The notes beneath the pieces are model-generated. The model was not told the origin of the DNA. It searched no databases and worked only from the letters and a program-made list of their open reading frames with translations. 64,000 nt of DNA from a bacterium (GTDB lineage: Bacteria; Electryoneota; Electryoneia; Electryoneales; Electryoneaceae), in contig CAXXKJ010000002.1 in the NCBI GenBank assembly GCA_963675295.2, forward strand, positions 992,001 to 1,056,000. Direction: 5' to 3'. A program made the translations under genes and the position numbers. How positions within the stretch are numbered: the first letter of the stretch is position 1; each line of letters begins with the position of its first letter. Of this stretch, positions 1 to 9,490 are shown piece after piece.

Positions 1-1
1 C

Positions 2-946
2 CAGTTCGGTGGCTTGACGGACGATGTTCTGATGGACGGGATTCCATACGAAGACGGTTTCCTGTTTGCCGGTGGCCGCAACCGTGTGGGGCAGTATTAC
101 GATTTGTATTTCGTACACACGACACAGACTGGCGGCGTGATTTGGGAACAGCAGCTCAGCGACGCCGACCTGTTTTCGCTGAAAGGCATTGTGCCGCTTC
201 CGAATGGCGGATTTGCCACGCTGGTGTCGGTGCTGGACGTGCTGTGGTTGCAGTGGTTCTACTCGGATGGCAGTCCACAGGGCGATTTGCAGCTGAATCT
301 CTACTTTGCGGATTCCAAGTTCACGTCGAGTCCGTTCCAGGTGATGCCGGACGGCGGCTTCCTGGTTGGCGGCAAGAACGACCAGGGCGACGCGGTTCTG
401 CTGCGCACGGATGCTTCCGGCGCTACGGTGTGGGAAGAGGTCTACTCGCACGACGATCCGGAAGGAACCCAGGCGATCAGTGCTGTTGAACTCCTTGCGG
501 ATGGTCAGATCCAGTTCGCCGGCGTCAAGAACCTGGAAACGGAATCCGCGTGGTTCACCCAGCTCGCGCCGGAAGGAACACAGGTCGCGTCCATGCCGCG
601 TGTGCTGGACCCGTTCATGGCAGACAACAACATGCTGGCCAGCGATGGCGGATCGTTCACGTCGGTGAACGCGCAGCCGTCCGGGTTCGCGCTTGAGCCG
701 GTGTATCCAAACCCGTTCAACGCGGCGACGACCGTAAGCGTCAACCTGCCGGAAGCGGCGGAGCTGAACGTCGCGGTATTCAACGTTGCCGGGCAGCGGG
801 TCGCGGAGCTGGCGAACGGGACCTACAGCGCCGGGACTCAGCGGCTGGTGTTTGATGCGACGGGGCTGTCTTCTGGTGTGTACTTCGTGCATGCGAAGGT
901 GCCGGGTGAATTTGACCAGGTGCAAAAAGTGATGCTGGTGCGTTAA
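2..946 (+). CDS. Secreted protein with T9SS type-A-like CTD, 5'-truncated by the window edge
   Basis: Frame is open back to base 2. DGGF/G repeat region, then VYPNPFN...LSSGVYFV...QKVMLVR*. Confidence 0.85.
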   Translation, partial: QFGGLTDDVLMDGIPYEDGFLFAGGRNRVGQYYDLYFVHTTQTGGVIWEQQLSDADLFSLKGIVPLPNGGFATLVSVLDVLWLQWFYSDGSPQGDLQLNLYFADSKFTSSPFQVMPDGGFLVGGKNDQGDAVLLRTDASGATVWEEVYSHDDPEGTQAISAVELLADGQIQFAGVKNLETESAWFTQLAPEGTQVASMPRVLDPFMADNNMLASDGGSFTSVNAQPSGFALEPVYPNPFNAATTVSVNLPEAAELNVAVFNVAGQRVAELANGTYSAGTQRLVFDATGLSSGVYFVHAKVPGEFDQVQKVMLVR

Positions 947-973
947 TCTGGATGAATGCGGAGAAACAAATTC

Positions 974-1001
974 AAGCCGGTCTGCATGGACCGGCTTTTT
1001 T
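974..1001 (+). terminator. Intrinsic terminator
   Basis: AAGCCGGTC-TGCATG-GACCGGCTT followed by a T run, 28 bp after the stop codon. Confidence 0.85.
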
Positions 1002-1115
1002 GCTCTCGAGCTGAATGATTAAAAAACATGGATTAGTATAGCCTTTCAGATGCACTTGTCGACCAGACTGGGTATATTACCTTGATTGAACTTGGATGGT
1101 ATCACATCTGGGGGA

Positions 1116-2339
1116 ATGATGAATACGTTCCTACGATTTTCCTTTGCGATTGTCCTCATTTTGATGGTCGCAGCTTCAGTGCCCGCACAACCTCCGCAGA
1201 TTATCTGGCAGATGGCGACCAACCTTGGCACGGACAACGATCCTGCAGGGTTGAAAGAAACACCCGATGGCGGATTCGTTTTCGGGCTGACGTGGCAACC
1301 ACAAGATACTTACTGGCGAGCAGCTTCGGTTATAAAGCTCACAGGGGATGGCGACACCGTCTGGCAGGAACGGATTGAACCGAATTTACACGGCGGCAAC
1401 TACATCTATGACATTGACCTAGATAGCCACGGTCGGATCTGGGTTTGTTCACTGGTTTCGCGTGGGTATTACGGCAAACATCCGGTGATTACCAGCCTGG
1501 AATCCGATGGGACACTTCATGGCCAGCGTATTTTCACGAACCACAGTCGTCCACGTTTAATGAGTATCCGCGCAGGTGCAGCATCCACAGTGGCTTTACC
1601 GGGTAACTATTCGTACGGACGGGGAATCACAGGAATTGTAAACGATCAGATCGAAACCGTTTGGCTTCAGATTTGGGACGAAGCGCATGATATAAGCTTT
1701 TTCGCTGTTATACCGTATCAGAACGGGTATTTATACGGTGGATGGTACGATATTAACTATATTTACACGCCCGATTCCACTGTGTTCGTGCAAACTGACG
1801 TGTCAGGCAATGTATTGATGTCAGATTTTTCCCAGCAGCCGTATAACACGAAGCTTCAAAGCATGACCGATCTTGGACCAGATGGATTCGCTGCTGTGTC
1901 TGTAAAAGAGGATTCTGATCAGTTGGTATTATCCTGGTATTCACAGGACGCACAATACCAATCACATGTGGACTTGGATCTTTACCGGCACCCTCAAGCA
2001 CTGTTTGAACCCGGGGATTATGTACTTGGGGCATTCTGTAACATGTCGGATGGTGGGTACCTGATAGGTGGGAGGTCCGATGATAATCGTGCTCAGCTTT
2101 TGCGTCTTGATGGATCAGGCGATGAGCTATGGCGTTACACGATGCCACAACATAGCGATTTCTTTGGGAGCACGGTGGAAGAAGTACTGCTATTGAGTAA
2201 TGGCCGTATTCAGATAATCGGCAGCCTGTACAACTGGAGCAATGCCACTTTCCTGATCCAGCTTGCCGCGGAGGGAGAGACAATCCCGGAGACAGACGTG
2301 AAGCATAAGGTCTTGGTCATTCATGAACGTTTGGATTGA
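1116..2339 (+). CDS. Secreted beta-repeat protein, paralog of the upstream gene but without a CTD
   Basis: ATG after GGGGGA; signal peptide ...AASVPA. SDGGYLIGGR...LLRLDGSG...FLIQLAAEG aligns by eye with PDGGFLVGGK...LLRTDASG...FTQLAPEG of the upstream gene. Confidence 0.8.
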   Translation: MMNTFLRFSFAIVLILMVAASVPAQPPQIIWQMATNLGTDNDPAGLKETPDGGFVFGLTWQPQDTYWRAASVIKLTGDGDTVWQERIEPNLHGGNYIYDIDLDSHGRIWVCSLVSRGYYGKHPVITSLESDGTLHGQRIFTNHSRPRLMSIRAGAASTVALPGNYSYGRGITGIVNDQIETVWLQIWDEAHDISFFAVIPYQNGYLYGGWYDINYIYTPDSTVFVQTDVSGNVLMSDFSQQPYNTKLQSMTDLGPDGFAAVSVKEDSDQLVLSWYSQDAQYQSHVDLDLYRHPQALFEPGDYVLGAFCNMSDGGYLIGGRSDDNRAQLLRLDGSGDELWRYTMPQHSDFFGSTVEEVLLLSNGRIQIIGSLYNWSNATFLIQLAAEGETIPETDVKHKVLVIHERLD

Positions 2340-2464
2340 GCGAATGATTGCCAGATTCTGTATCTATGGGGCGTATCCGGGAGGATACGTCCCATTCTCA
2401 TGGAACTAAAATCTTCGTTGTACGCGTTGTATCTTCCGGCGGTTTTGGATGAGCGACAGGCAGG

Positions 2465-3142
2465 GTGAACGTGCAGCAGATCATTACGATAGACGGCCCG
2501 GCGGGATCGGGCAAATCGACAACCGCGCGTCTGGTTGCGAACGCGCTCGGGTGGCAGTATCTCGACACCGGCGCGATGTACCGTGCGATCGGGCTGGCGA
2601 TGGTGCGTGCGGGGATCGATCCGACGGACGAGGCAGCGGTGTGCGCAAATCTGGACCGGCACACAGTCGATCTCGGCCCCGGTGATCCGCCGGTGACGCT
2701 GCTGAATGGCGAGGACGTGTCCAGCTTCATCCGCACGCCGGAAGCGGCGCAGGCGTCGAGCCAGGTCGCGGCGATCGGATGTGTGCGGGAGAAACTGGTC
2801 GCGGCGCAACAGCGGATCGGTGCGGAGCGGCCGTGTGTGCTGGAGGGACGCGATACCGGCACAGTTGTCTTTCCGGATGCCGGCCTGAAGATATACCTTG
2901 ATGCACCGGTGCGGATGCGTGCGGAACGGCGGTTGAAGGATCTCGGCGACAACCCAGGGATGTCGCTGGACGAGATGATCCGTGAAGTGGAAGTTCGTGA
3001 CGAACGCGACCGCAACCGGTCGGTCAGCCCGTTGGGCATGGCGTCGGATGCGATCGTTGTCGATACCGGCGGCTTGATGGTCGAGCAGCAGGTGGATCGG
3101 GTACTCGAGTTGGCGCGGTCACGGTTTGGACTGAACTCATGA
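2465..3142 (+). CDS. cmk: Cytidylate kinase
   Basis: ITIDGPAGSGKST, LDTGAMYR, EGRDTGTVVFPDA, RDERD motifs. Confidence 0.97.
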   Translation: MNVQQIITIDGPAGSGKSTTARLVANALGWQYLDTGAMYRAIGLAMVRAGIDPTDEAAVCANLDRHTVDLGPGDPPVTLLNGEDVSSFIRTPEAAQASSQVAAIGCVREKLVAAQQRIGAERPCVLEGRDTGTVVFPDAGLKIYLDAPVRMRAERRLKDLGDNPGMSLDEMIREVEVRDERDRNRSVSPLGMASDAIVVDTGGLMVEQQVDRVLELARSRFGLNS

Positions 3143-3843
3143 GCGAAGACGGATTCAAGACGAAGCTGGTACGTGCGATCAGCCGTGCCGATCACTGGAT
3201 TGGCCCGCGCGTATCTCGCAGGCCGATGCGGTTCGGTTTTTGGTTCGTTGGCTCGTTTGTACGTATGCTCTTTCGCATCGTTTTTGGCATGCGGATTCTG
3301 GAGATCGGTAACGTGCCACGTACAGGCCGGTTGCTGATTGTCGCGAATCACACCTCGAATCTAGATCCGCCGTTGATTGGTTGCACCGTTCCCCGGGAGA
3401 TTCATTTTGCGGCGAAGATTCAGCTATTCAAAGGTGTGCTCGGGAAGCTGATTTCGTACCTGAATGCGATGCCGATCCGTCGCACCGGCTCCGACAAGGA
3501 CGCGATCAAGCGGCTGGTCGGTGTGCTTCGGAACGAGGGCGCATTGCTGATGTTCCCGGAGGGTACGCGTCAGAAGGAAGGCAGCAGCGGCGAGGCGAAG
3601 GCCGGGCCGGGAATGGTTGCGACGTTGGGCAAGGCAGACGTGCTCCCGATCAAACTCAGCGGCACCAACAAGCCGAAGCACGCGTTTTTCCATCGTGGCA
3701 CGATGACAATCCGGTATGGTGAGGTGATTCCGTTCGACGAGATCACCGCCGCCGCAAAGGAGTTGGCCGGTCCGGACGCCGGTAAGAAGGAGATTTACCA
3801 GGCGATTTCGGACGTCGCAATGGAGCGTGTCCGGGCGATGTGA
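3139..3843 (+). CDS. plsC: 1-acyl-sn-glycerol-3-phosphate acyltransferase
   Basis: NHTSNLD (HX4D) and FPEGTR motifs; overlaps the cmk stop (ATGA). Confidence 0.92.
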   Translation: MSEDGFKTKLVRAISRADHWIGPRVSRRPMRFGFWFVGSFVRMLFRIVFGMRILEIGNVPRTGRLLIVANHTSNLDPPLIGCTVPREIHFAAKIQLFKGVLGKLISYLNAMPIRRTGSDKDAIKRLVGVLRNEGALLMFPEGTRQKEGSSGEAKAGPGMVATLGKADVLPIKLSGTNKPKHAFFHRGTMTIRYGEVIPFDEITAAAKELAGPDAGKKEIYQAISDVAMERVRAM

Positions 3844-4022
3844 TGTCCCGGAAATTGTCCGGGTTTCCCCGAGCCAGCAGTCCTCTCCGGAGTTGCATTC
3901 TGACCCCCATTCGAGGCTATTTTTCGGCTCTTGAAATCCGCCGGAAGTCGCGGCGGTTTTTCATGCGGTCCCTGCGTCGGGATCGTGCGGAAATACCAAT
4001 CGATGAGAATGATCTGGATCGT

Positions 4023-4050
4023 ATTACCACGGACTTAAGTCCGTGGTAAT
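4023..4050. repeat. 28-bp perfect palindrome (REP-like), copy 1
   Basis: ATTACCACGGACTTAAGTCCGTGGTAAT; the same 26-bp core occurs at 36515-36540. Confidence 0.9.
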
Positions 4051-4392
4051 CGTGAGACTGATCTGAGTTGAACCAGTCGGTTTGGTTTCCCGCGAACGAG
4101 CGCGTGCCGTGAGACGATGATGCTCCGGGTTTACAGCGGTGCGAGGGTTTGCCGAGAAGGCGATGGCAAGTGGGCTGGAAAGACTGTCCCCGTGGATCCC
4201 GGTTCTGCGGTGGGCGTGTTTCGGCCGCGGGTGGTTAAACCAGAATTGTTGTGCGAGCGTTGGCACACTCGTCACGACCCCGCCTGTTGGAAGGTAATTC
4301 CCCCTGAACAGTGGTGATTGCTTCCCCTCCATTGCCCCCATTAACCATGTCCGAAGGATCGGACTCCGGTGCCAGGAAGGAAAGTCGTTGGG

Positions 4393-6819
4393 ATGAGCGA
4401 AGAAACCAAAAAAGACGTCAAGGCCGAGGCCACGGAAGAAACCAAGGCTGAAGAGACCAGGGCTGAGACCAAGCCCGCCGCCGAAGAGAAGCCTGCCAAG
4501 GAAGAGAAGAAGGCTGAGCCGAAGGCGGAGAAGAAGGCCGAGCCGAAGGCGGAGAAGCCGGCTGAGAAGCCAGCTGAGAAGCCTGCGGACACCGTGACCG
4601 ATCCGGAACTCGCGGAAAAGGAACTGGACAGCCAGATTGCCTCGCGTACCCCGGATGACAACACGATCGAAACCCTGATGCCCGCGTTCAAGAAGATGAA
4701 GGCGGAGGATCGTGGCGGCGAAACGTTCGTCAAGCTCGAGGATTTGAAGCAGGCGGAACAGGAAGCCCGTGGCGACCTCGCCGACCTCGAAGCGTTGTAC
4801 GAAGAGTCGCTGGTTGACATCAAGGAACAGCAGATCGTGTCCGGCAAGATCATCGCCATCAGTGAAAAGGAAGTGGCGGTGGATATCGGCTTCAAGTCGG
4901 AAGGCGTTGTTTCGATTGATGAGTTTGACGACCCGTCATCGCTGACCGTTGGCGATCAGATCGAGGTCTATCTGGATAGCGTGGAAGACAGCGACGGTCA
5001 GTTGTCGCTTTCGAAGCGCAAAGCGGACTTCATGCGTGTCTGGGACCGTGTCAAGGGTGTGTACGCGGCCGACGGCATCATCCGCGGACGTTGCACCCGC
5101 CGGATCAAGGGCGGCATGGTGGTCGATCTGGGCGGTGTGGACGCGTTCCTGCCGGGTTCGCAGATTGACGTGCGTCCGGTGCGCGACTTTGACGCGATCA
5201 TCGGCACCGAGATGGAATTCAAGATTCTCAAGATCAACGATCTGCGCAAAAACATCGTGGTCTCGCACAAGGTGCTGAAGGAAGAGAGCCTGCGCGAAGT
5301 CCGCGAGAAGTTGCTGGAGAATCTGGAAGTCGGGCAGATGCTCGAGGGTACGGTCAAGAACATCACCGACTTCGGCGTGTTCGTCGACCTCGGCGGTGTG
5401 GACGGCCTGTTGCACATCACCGACCTCAGCTGGGGCCGTGTTGGCCACCCGAGCGAAGTGGTGCAGCTCGATCAGAAGATCAAGGTAATGGTGCTGAACT
5501 ATGATCCGGATCGCCGTCGCATCAGCCTCGGCCTGAAGCAGCTGTACGCTCACCTCTGGGACGAAATCGACCTCAAGTACCGTGTCGGCCAGAAGGTTCA
5601 GGGCCGTGTGGTCAGCCTCGCCAAGTACGGCGCCTTCGTCGAAGTCGAGCCGGGCATCGAGGGTCTGGTCCACATCAGCGAAATGAGCTGGACGCAGCAC
5701 ATCAAGCACCCGAACCAGGTTGTTCGTGAGGGTGAGTATGTCCAGGTCGTGATCCTGAACATCGACAAGGAAAACAAGAAGATCAGCCTTGGCCTGAAGC
5801 AGGTTGAGGAAGATCCGTGGGAAGCGTTCGAAGCCAAGTACCGTGAAGGCACGAAGCACAAGGGCGTGGTTCGTGACCTGGTTCCGTTCGGCGCGTTCGT
5901 CGAGCTGGAAGACGGCATCGACGGTCTCGTGCACATCTCCGATCTCAGCTGGACCCGCAAGGTCCGTCACCCGGGCGAAATCCTCAAGAAGGGCGAGGAG
6001 ATCGAGGTGGTGGTATTGAGCTTCGACCGTGACGAACGCCGCATCGCGTTGGGTCACAAGCAGGTCGAGGAGAATCCGTGGGATACCTTCGCACGTGACT
6101 TCCCGGTCAACACGAAGTCGACGGGTACGGTTGTCCGTCTCATCGACAAGGGCCTGATCGTCGAGCTGCCGCACAAGATCGAAGGCTTCATGCCGAACAG
6201 CCAGATTTCGCGGAAGTACTTCGACGGCAAGAAGCGGAACGTACAGGTTGGCGACGTGCTGAATCTCGTCATCACCGAGTTTGACAAGGAAGAGCGCAAG
6301 GTCATCCTGTCGAACGCGGCGGCGGAGAAGGATCAGCCGAAGGTTTCGTCGTCCACTCGTGAAGACAGCGAGAAGTCCGGTGGCGCCCGCTACTCGGGTG
6401 GTGTCGGTACCACGATCGGCGATACGCTCGGTGCGGACCTGAAGGCTGCGCTGGAACGTGCCAAGGCGGCGGAAGGTGACGCTGACGAAGACGCTGCGAA
6501 GGAGAAGCCGAAGAAGTCGGCAGCCTCCGCGCGTGCCGAAGGCACCAAGGCGGACGACGCCAAGCCGGAAGCTGAAGAAGCTGAACCGGAAGCTGAGGAA
6601 GCCAAACCGGAAGCCGAGGAAGCCGAACCAGAAGCGGAAGAAAAGCCTGCGGACGATGAGGCGAAGGCGGACGACGCGAAGGCCGACGAAGCCGACGCAC
6701 CGGCAGAAGAAGAGGCGAACGAAGAAGCCCCGGCGGAAGAAGAAGCCAAGGCTGATGACGACTCCGATGCCGCGGACGACGCGGACGATTCCGAAGACGA
6801 GAAGAAGTCGAAGGAATAA
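4393..6819 (+). CDS. rpsA: 30S ribosomal protein S1 with long low-complexity N- and C-terminal extensions
   Basis: VDIGFKSEG, AFLPGSQID, repeated FGVFVDLGGVDGLLHI(T/S)DLSW-type S1 domains; cmk-plsC-rpsA context. Start at ATG 4393 or GTG 4369. Confidence 0.97.
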   Translation: MSEETKKDVKAEATEETKAEETRAETKPAAEEKPAKEEKKAEPKAEKKAEPKAEKPAEKPAEKPADTVTDPELAEKELDSQIASRTPDDNTIETLMPAFKKMKAEDRGGETFVKLEDLKQAEQEARGDLADLEALYEESLVDIKEQQIVSGKIIAISEKEVAVDIGFKSEGVVSIDEFDDPSSLTVGDQIEVYLDSVEDSDGQLSLSKRKADFMRVWDRVKGVYAADGIIRGRCTRRIKGGMVVDLGGVDAFLPGSQIDVRPVRDFDAIIGTEMEFKILKINDLRKNIVVSHKVLKEESLREVREKLLENLEVGQMLEGTVKNITDFGVFVDLGGVDGLLHITDLSWGRVGHPSEVVQLDQKIKVMVLNYDPDRRRISLGLKQLYAHLWDEIDLKYRVGQKVQGRVVSLAKYGAFVEVEPGIEGLVHISEMSWTQHIKHPNQVVREGEYVQVVILNIDKENKKISLGLKQVEEDPWEAFEAKYREGTKHKGVVRDLVPFGAFVELEDGIDGLVHISDLSWTRKVRHPGEILKKGEEIEVVVLSFDRDERRIALGHKQVEENPWDTFARDFPVNTKSTGTVVRLIDKGLIVELPHKIEGFMPNSQISRKYFDGKKRNVQVGDVLNLVITEFDKEERKVILSNAAAEKDQPKVSSSTREDSEKSGGARYSGGVGTTIGDTLGADLKAALERAKAAEGDADEDAAKEKPKKSAASARAEGTKADDAKPEAEEAEPEAEEAKPEAEEAEPEAEEKPADDEAKADDAKADEADAPAEEEANEEAPAEEEAKADDDSDAADDADDSEDEKKSKE

Positions 6820-8153
6820 TGACCCGTCGCAACAGTACAGCTACTCAACAGCCCACGGTTGCGTTGACAACCGTGGGCTGTCGTCTTAATCAAGCCGAGA
6901 CCGACGCGGTGCAGGACTCGTTCGCAGCGGCCGGATACCGGATTGTCGCGTTTGACGAGAATCCGGACGTGCATTACCTCAACACGTGCACGGTAACCGG
7001 ACGGGCGGATCGGTCGTCTAGACAGTACATCCATCGTGCCCGGCGGGAGCATCCGGACTCGGTGGTAATCGTGGCGGGGTGTTTCGCCAACCGCGCCGCT
7101 CAGGAGCTGGTTGAGGGCGGTGAGGTCGACCTGGTGTTGGGGCAGCGTGAGAAGATGCATCCGCTGCATCACCTGGTTAATCCGTTCGCACGTCCGGAGC
7201 GGCCGTTGGTCGTGCTGGACGAGGCGGGCGATTCGATCCCGGCGTCGGTGGGTGTGCGTGTGACCGGCCGGTCGCGCGCGTTCCTGAAAGTGCAGGACGG
7301 TTGCGATCACAGCTGCACGTATTGTGCGGTCGCGCCAGCCCGGGGGCCATCGGTCAGTGCCTCCCGGATTGAAGTGCTGGAAGCGTTGCGCCGAATCAAA
7401 GATGCTGGTTACGAAGAGGTTGTCTTCACCGGCGTGGACATCTCCGACTGGCGCGAAGGCGATAAACTTGTAGGTAAGAACGGTTCCGATTTTATTAATT
7501 TGGTAGAACTTGCGTCTGATATTGGACTTCCGCGAGTTCGAATTTCCAGCCTGGAACCCTGGTCGATGACACCGGAACGGATTCAACGGCTTGCGGCGGT
7601 AGACGCCTGGTGCGAGCACATCCATCTGGCATTGCAGAGTGGCGATGATGCTGTGCTGCGCCGGATGAACCGGAAGCTGGATCTCGGGCAGGTGCGCGAA
7701 ACGATGCAGGAGTTAATCGGGCTGCGACCGCAGGCGACCCTCGGCGCGGACATGATCGCTGGTTTTCCCGGCGAAACGGAAGCTGCGTTTGAGAATACGG
7801 TTGAATTGTTGCACGAAGGCTGGATACACTACTTGCACGTGTTCCCGTATTCGCCGCGTCCCGGCACCCCGGCGGCGAAAATGCGAAATCAAGTCCCGAT
7901 GGAGACTCTGCTGAAACGGGCTGCTCGTCTGCGGAAATTGTCTGATAAACTCAAGAAAGACAAAATGCTTACGATGATTGGTCACAAGAGCGAGCTGTTG
8001 GTGGAGCAAGACAAGCGAACCGGGTACTCAAAGAACTATCTTCGAGCCGGACTGTTGGCCGATTCTTCGCGTGGGGCGGGAAAAAGGGTACCGGTCAAGG
8101 TTACCGGGTTTGACGAACGTAAAAAGTTACTTGAAGTAGAGGAATTGCGATGA
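6819..8153 (+). CDS. mtaB: tRNA t6A37 methylthiotransferase (radical SAM)
   Basis: GCRLNQAE, NTCTVT, LKVQDGCDHSCTYC (CX3CX2C), HVFPYSPRPGTPAA. Confidence 0.9.
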   Translation: MTRRNSTATQQPTVALTTVGCRLNQAETDAVQDSFAAAGYRIVAFDENPDVHYLNTCTVTGRADRSSRQYIHRARREHPDSVVIVAGCFANRAAQELVEGGEVDLVLGQREKMHPLHHLVNPFARPERPLVVLDEAGDSIPASVGVRVTGRSRAFLKVQDGCDHSCTYCAVAPARGPSVSASRIEVLEALRRIKDAGYEEVVFTGVDISDWREGDKLVGKNGSDFINLVELASDIGLPRVRISSLEPWSMTPERIQRLAAVDAWCEHIHLALQSGDDAVLRRMNRKLDLGQVRETMQELIGLRPQATLGADMIAGFPGETEAAFENTVELLHEGWIHYLHVFPYSPRPGTPAAKMRNQVPMETLLKRAARLRKLSDKLKKDKMLTMIGHKSELLVEQDKRTGYSKNYLRAGLLADSSRGAGKRVPVKVTGFDERKKLLEVEELR

Positions 8154-9337
8154 GTGACGGGTACAAGGTCCTCGAAAAGGATCTGCTCGACGATTTTCTG
8201 GCGATGGTTCAAATCGACAGCCCCTCCCGTGATGAACGGGGCATGGCGGATTGGTTGACGGAAAAACTCCGCTCGCTGGGTTGCGAGGTTGAGGAGGACA
8301 AGGCAGGCGAAACGGTCGGCGGTAATGCCGGCAACCTGCGTGTGTTCCTCAAGGGCAACACGGACGTGGATCCGCTGCTGTTCAGCGCCCACATGGACAC
8401 CGTTGAACCCGCGCGTGGCGTCGATCCGATTGTCGAGGATGGCATTGTCCGCTCCAAGGGCGAGACGATTCTCGCGGCGGATGACAAGGCCGGCCTCGCC
8501 TGTATTGTTCAGCTTGCCCGTCTCGCTCAGGCGCAGCCGGATGTACCGCGTCCTGACCTCGAGTTCTCGATCCACATCTGCGAGGAAGTCGGTCTGCTCG
8601 GCGCGAAGACCGTCGATACCAGCAAGTTCCGGTCGAAGGTCGGATTTGTGCTGGACGACGAAGACGTGAAGAAGGTGAATGTCGGCAGTCCGGGTGCGGT
8701 GCGATTGAACTACACTGTGTTCGGTAAGGCCTCGCACGCCGGTGTTGCCCCGGAAAAGGGCATCAGCGCGTTGAAGGTTGCGGCTGAGGTGCTGGCGAAG
8801 ATGAACTTCGGCCGGATCGACGAAGAGACGACGGCGAATGTCGGGCGGATCGAAGGCGGCACGGCATCCAACGTTGTCACCGAAAAGGTGACGATGAAGG
8901 CCGAGGCCCGCAGCCACAACCCCGAGAAGCTGAAGGCGCAGGTGGATCATATGAACGCCTGCTTCGAGGAAGTCTGCTCGGCGTGGCAGGAGAAGACGAA
9001 GCACCTGTGGGAAGGCACGGACGAAGGCCCGTTGCCGAACTGGAAGCTGGACCAGGCGGATGATTACGCGCCGGTTCAGTTCAGCGAAGACGACTATGCG
9101 GTGAAGTTGCCGATGGCGGCCGGGAAGACGCTGGGTTGGGACATGGCGACCAAGATCAGCGGCGGCGGTACGGACGGCAGCATTCTGACCCACGAGGGCA
9201 TCCCGTGTGTCGTGCTCGGCGTCGGCATGCGTGACATCCACTCGACGAAGGAAAACATCGCGGTCAGCGATCTGAACGATGCGGCGAAGCTGATGGCTGC
9301 CATCGTGACGATGCACGCGAACGGTGGGGTTGCGTAA
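8150..9337 (+). CDS. M20B peptidase T-like metallopeptidase
   Basis: SAHMDTV, ADDKAG, EEVG, GKASHAG, SGGGTDG, IHSTKE motifs. Confidence 0.9.
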   Translation: MSDGYKVLEKDLLDDFLAMVQIDSPSRDERGMADWLTEKLRSLGCEVEEDKAGETVGGNAGNLRVFLKGNTDVDPLLFSAHMDTVEPARGVDPIVEDGIVRSKGETILAADDKAGLACIVQLARLAQAQPDVPRPDLEFSIHICEEVGLLGAKTVDTSKFRSKVGFVLDDEDVKKVNVGSPGAVRLNYTVFGKASHAGVAPEKGISALKVAAEVLAKMNFGRIDEETTANVGRIEGGTASNVVTEKVTMKAEARSHNPEKLKAQVDHMNACFEEVCSAWQEKTKHLWEGTDEGPLPNWKLDQADDYAPVQFSEDDYAVKLPMAAGKTLGWDMATKISGGGTDGSILTHEGIPCVVLGVGMRDIHSTKENIAVSDLNDAAKLMAAIVTMHANGGVA

Positions 9338-9379
9338 AACCGGTCCCGCTGGATGGACAACATCCCGTTTAAGACACTC

Positions 9380-9406
9380 AAGCCCGGATCATTGATCCGG
9401 GCTTTT
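9380..9406 (+). terminator. Intrinsic terminator
   Basis: AAGCCCGGATC-ATT-GATCCGGGCTT-TT. Confidence 0.8.
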
Positions 9407-9450
9407 CCCGTCTGCGGGGACACTTACATGAGTAACTGTCCCTAGTCTTT

Positions 9451-9485
9451 TTCACTGAACACTGACACCTGAGCACTGAATACTG
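9451..9485. repeat. Degenerate heptamer tract (NNNNCTG x5)
   Basis: TTCACTG AACACTG ACACCTG AGCACTG AATACTG, next to the stop codon at 9491. Confidence 0.7.
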
Positions 9486-9490
9486 TCTTC

